Source of the DNA: an uncultured virus (IMG/VR IMGVR_UViG_3300029922_000037)
Taxonomy: Duplodnaviria; Heunggongvirae; Uroviricota; Caudoviricetes
Reading direction: 5' to 3' (one strand)
Length of the DNA stretch: 28,167 bases
Virus record (IMG/VR): IMGVR_UViG_3300029922_000037
Below the pieces are notes generated by a model that was given only the letters and a program-made list of their open reading frames with translations, was not told the DNA's origin and did no database searches. Positions 25,859 to 28,167 of this stretch are shown piece by piece (the stretch's first letter is position 1; each line of letters begins with the position of its first letter). Position numbers and translations under genes: made by a program.

Positions 25859-26119
25859 TCAAATATTCCCCATCGCGCTCTGTCCAGACGCATCTTGCCC
25901 GACGATATTGCCGCGTTGCGGGCCGGGTGCGCGAGTATTCCATTGCTCAATAGCCCCAGCAGTATTCACAGAGTGCCCGGCAGGCAGCGAGCTATTGGTC
26001 TTTGCAACCTCGAATTTAATCCCGCAATGGCAGGAAACATTCATCCAGCGATGCGTATCGCCTTCGGAAAAGTAAATTTCCTCGCCGCGGCACATCGGGC
26101 ATTCACGCGGTTCACTCAT
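25859..26119 (-). CDS. Lar-like (restriction alleviation) zinc-finger protein
   Basis: MSEPRECPMCRG..VSCHCG..AIEQWNTRA; AAGG RBS. Confidence 0.7.
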   Translation of the reverse strand: MSEPRECPMCRGEEIYFSEGDTHRWMNVSCHCGIKFEVAKTNSSLPAGHSVNTAGAIEQWNTRAPGPQRGNIVGQDASGQSAMGNI

Positions 26120-26537
26120 GATTGCCTTTCTGCTGTGCGATTGCGGCATCGATTGCTTCTCGCAATGTCAACCCATCGCCAAAATCGTCATCAAAATCGA
26201 AGTAATCATTATCAATTCCGCAACCAGAAAAACTAGATACCCAAACCAAATGTTTGCAAACCGTATCCACTAGCTTTGACCCTGCGTACAGAGCTATACC
26301 TACTTCTACGTTATCAGATCGCAGTATGGCAGACAGCCAATCCAGCCTATCCTTATCCTTCTCGCGCTCGGCTTTGAGCGCGTCAAACTCTATTTCTTTT
26401 TCGGCAAGAAGTGTTTCAAGTCTGCGGAGCATTTCAAAGTACTCATTACGCTCGTCAATGATTTTCTTCACCACAAACATATTGTGTTGCTCGGCTTTGA
26501 GGTCGGCAACAATATCATCAAGATTAAGGGGCGTCAT
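26112..26537 (-). CDS. Hypothetical phage protein
   Basis: DKDRLDWL and TLREAIDAAI motifs common in small phage proteins; coiled-coil N-terminus. Confidence 0.75.
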   Translation of the reverse strand: MTPLNLDDIVADLKAEQHNMFVVKKIIDERNEYFEMLRRLETLLAEKEIEFDALKAEREKDKDRLDWLSAILRSDNVEVGIALYAGSKLVDTVCKHLVWVSSFSGCGIDNDYFDFDDDFGDGLTLREAIDAAIAQQKGNHE

Positions 26538-27558
26538 AAATGCCGCCCTTCAATTTTTTAAGTCCTAATTCCGCTGCCGTCAAAGCGCAATATTCCTCGG
26601 ACAATTCAACGCCAATAGCACTGCGCTCTAGGTTGCGGGAAACGCGCATCGTTGTACCAGACCCCGAAAACGGATCAAGCACCATATCGCCAGGCTTAGT
26701 AAATAACTTAATAAACCATTCCGGCAAACTTTCAGGGAAAGCCGCGCTGTGTTTTTTGTTTCCGCACTCTGTCGCCAGGTGCAATACGTTCGCCGGGTAA
26801 GCCATTTCCCGACCTATCCAGTTTTCAATTTTCTTTCCAAAGCCGCTGCCAACTTTTGATTCATCGCGCACGCGGTCGGTTTCGCTTAATGCCTTGAGCC
26901 GTGAATTCTTCCAATCGCCCATTGGAACCATTACAGCGTCTTGATACATAGCGAACTGCTTTTGCTTTGTGAAATGAATGCATCGCTCCCAAGCGTCACG
27001 AAAGCGGTTAGGCCATTTCCCAGGGTAACAATTTCGCTTGTGCCAAATATATTCTTCCGTCCACAGCCAGCCACGTTTACGCATTTCAATGATTAGTTCC
27101 ATCACGTAGGTGTGGCGTTCGCCATCAACGACCCGTTCCTTGATATTCAAAATGAAAGAGCCTGTTGGCTTCAAAACGCGCTGCAATTCGTCCGCTATTG
27201 GCATGAACCACTCTACATAGTGATCGGCATGAACCCCGCCATAAGTGCTTTTACGTTGGTCCGCATATGGTGGCGATGTTACGATCAAGTCCACGCTTTC
27301 GGCGGGAACCGTCCGCAGCACTTTGGCGCTGTCACCTTTGATAAGGAGCAACGCGGGATGCAAAATTTCAGCACAATCTCTTCCGCCTTCGCAATCCAAA
27401 CAGTCGATATTTGAAATATGAGATCCACATCCATTGCACATTACAAAATCTGATAGTGAGTCTCCGTAATTGTGCGGCGACTTGTAAAAATCAACGCGAA
27501 CTACTTCTGCGCCTCCGCAAAACGGGCAAGGTTTCAACTCACTCATGACTGCACTCAT
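26524..27558 (-). CDS. Beta-class amino-DNA methyltransferase (probably m4C) with an N-terminal Lar-like zinc finger
   Basis: N-terminal LKPCPFCGG..CNGCG; then GDS..VL, SVDLIVTSPPY, RVLKPTGS, HSAAFP, VLDPFSGSGTT, IGVEL (motif IV before motif I). Confidence 0.9.
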   Translation of the reverse strand: MSAVMSELKPCPFCGGAEVVRVDFYKSPHNYGDSLSDFVMCNGCGSHISNIDCLDCEGGRDCAEILHPALLLIKGDSAKVLRTVPAESVDLIVTSPPYADQRKSTYGGVHADHYVEWFMPIADELQRVLKPTGSFILNIKERVVDGERHTYVMELIIEMRKRGWLWTEEYIWHKRNCYPGKWPNRFRDAWERCIHFTKQKQFAMYQDAVMVPMGDWKNSRLKALSETDRVRDESKVGSGFGKKIENWIGREMAYPANVLHLATECGNKKHSAAFPESLPEWFIKLFTKPGDMVLDPFSGSGTTMRVSRNLERSAIGVELSEEYCALTAAELGLKKLKGGIYDAP

Positions 27559-27730
27559 GATCTATTCCTTTGGTGGATTGGATTGTAGAGCCGAAGACGC
27601 GAGGAAAAGGAGGGCGAAGAAGGTTAGGCATGAGGAGCCTCCTCCTGCTGCACGATAGCGGCATCAATAGCGGAACGGGCAGAATTGCCGTAATCTCGGA
27701 ATGGTCAGGGCCATCTGGGAAATTACTCAT
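27539..27730 (-). CDS. Possible small hypothetical protein
   Basis: ATGA-coupled to the upstream ORF and fills the gap before the MTase; no recognisable motif. Confidence 0.3.
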   Translation of the reverse strand: MSNFPDGPDHSEITAILPVPLLMPLSCSRRRLLMPNLLRPPFPRVFGSTIQSTKGIDHECSHE

Positions 27731-27906
27731 TTCGCAGCCTTAATCGACCGCACGTTTTTAACCGGAGATGGTGCCGCAACTGGCGCTGCCGCACGCAAAC
27801 GCGCGCGCTCGAATTCGATACTGATGCGGATGTCAGTATGGTCTTTATCGCGCCACTCGATTTTGTGCCCCAGTACAGGATGTTTCAGGTCATGGATTTT
27901 GTTCAA
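27727..27906 (-). CDS. Hypothetical protein, 59 aa (absent from the ORF track)
   Basis: GGAGG then TTG; MNKIHDLKHPVLGHKIEWRDKDHTDIRISIEFERARLRAAAP... Confidence 0.65.
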   Translation of the reverse strand: MNKIHDLKHPVLGHKIEWRDKDHTDIRISIEFERARLRAAAPVAAPSPVKNVRSIKAAK

Positions 27907-27994
27907 GATATCCTCCCAATAGAATTAATGCAGCGATGATGATCAGAACCAGAGTCTGGTGGCGGTCTGCCCAGCGGTAGAGGCTATTGAACAT
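27890..27994 (-). CDS. Small single-TM protein (34 aa) whose in-frame ATG lies within the second IS right end
   Basis: MFNSLYRWADRHQTLVLIIIAALILLGGYLEQNP; ATGTTCAA comes from the element end. It may be the 3' remnant of an interrupted gene. Confidence 0.45.
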   Translation of the reverse strand: MFNSLYRWADRHQTLVLIIIAALILLGGYLEQNP

Positions 27995-28167
27995 CCCCAC
28001 GGATAAATCCGGGGGATTCCGGTCGGAGTTATGCGACATGGCGTAACTCCTGATTCGCGGCACATCCCATGCCGGACAAGAGGGTGTTTACGGCAGCATT
28101 TACGTCTCTGTCGTGGCGGACTCCACATCCACATTCCCAATGTCTTACTGATAGTCCTGCCCATCCT
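27987..28167 (-). mobile_element. Right end of a second IS200/IS605-family tnpB element (truncated by the window)
   Basis: The minus strand reads GGAAT-CCCCCGGAT-TT-ATCCGTGGGG-ATGTTCAA: GAAT guide, hairpin (27995-28015) and terminal TCAA (27987-27990), downstream of a tnpB C-terminus. Confidence 0.88.
28029..28167 (-). CDS. tnpB: TnpB C-terminus (partial; frame not shown in the ORF track)
   Basis: Frame from 28166: GWAGLSVRHWECGCGVRHDRDVNAAVNTLLSGMGCAANQELRHVA*, matching the zinc-finger/RuvC-III end of TnpB. Confidence 0.9.
   Translation of the reverse strand, partial: GWAGLSVRHWECGCGVRHDRDVNAAVNTLLSGMGCAANQELRHVA

Larger units (their letters stand above)
1..28167. mobile_element. Segment of a tailed phage or prophage genome (fibre/lysis, recombination and replication modules)
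   Basis: Tail-fibre-like repeats, lambda-R-type lysozyme, ExoVIII-like nuclease, SSB, VRR-NUC, phage m6A MTase, primase-helicase and Lar-like genes; dense ATGA/TAATG/TGATG gene overlaps; no host housekeeping genes. Confidence 0.93.

Noticed and set aside
27943..28164. 73-aa minus-strand ORF in the track
   Set aside because: Wrong frame; the neighbouring frame encodes a clear TnpB C-terminus.
1..28167. tRNA, rRNA, CRISPR arrays, att sites
   Set aside because: None recognisable by eye, and there is no integrase in the window to anchor an att call.

Overview
The whole 28 kb window reads as part of a tailed dsDNA phage or prophage genome of a Gram-negative, probably proteobacterial, host. No integrase, capsid or terminase genes are in view. 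Left (1-8364, + strand): two paralogous glycine-rich adhesin-like genes flank a tail-fibre-like gene, followed by a probable outer-membrane beta-barrel. The three complete genes all start with signal-peptide-like sequences. An extended lysis region follows: membrane protein, lambda-R-like lysozyme, papain-like peptidase, holin-like protein, lipoprotein, class-3 lipase and a short Trp-rich cationic peptide. Middle (8421-15908, - strand): recombination genes (RecE/ExoVIII-like nuclease, Rad50-like ATPase, putative annealase, RecD/Dda-like helicase) and a TraR/DksA-like gene. This arm is interrupted by a complete non-autonomous IS200/IS605-family element (10651-11950) encoding an RHH protein and a TnpB with a rearranged RuvC site. 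Next (16035-25265, +): HTH regulator, intein-containing SF2 helicase, SSB, PD-(D/E)XK nuclease, PAPS-reductase-like protein, VRR-NUC nuclease, m6A methyltransferase and primase-helicase. Right (25340-28167, -): small genes, Lar-like zinc fingers, a Lar-like/amino-methyltransferase fusion and the 3' end of a second tnpB element. Most notable: the first element's target motif TCAT is the reverse complement of ATGA. It inserted exactly between a Shine-Dalgarno sequence and its start codon, and its left end supplies a replacement GGAG. All assignments come from motif reading; no database searches were run.
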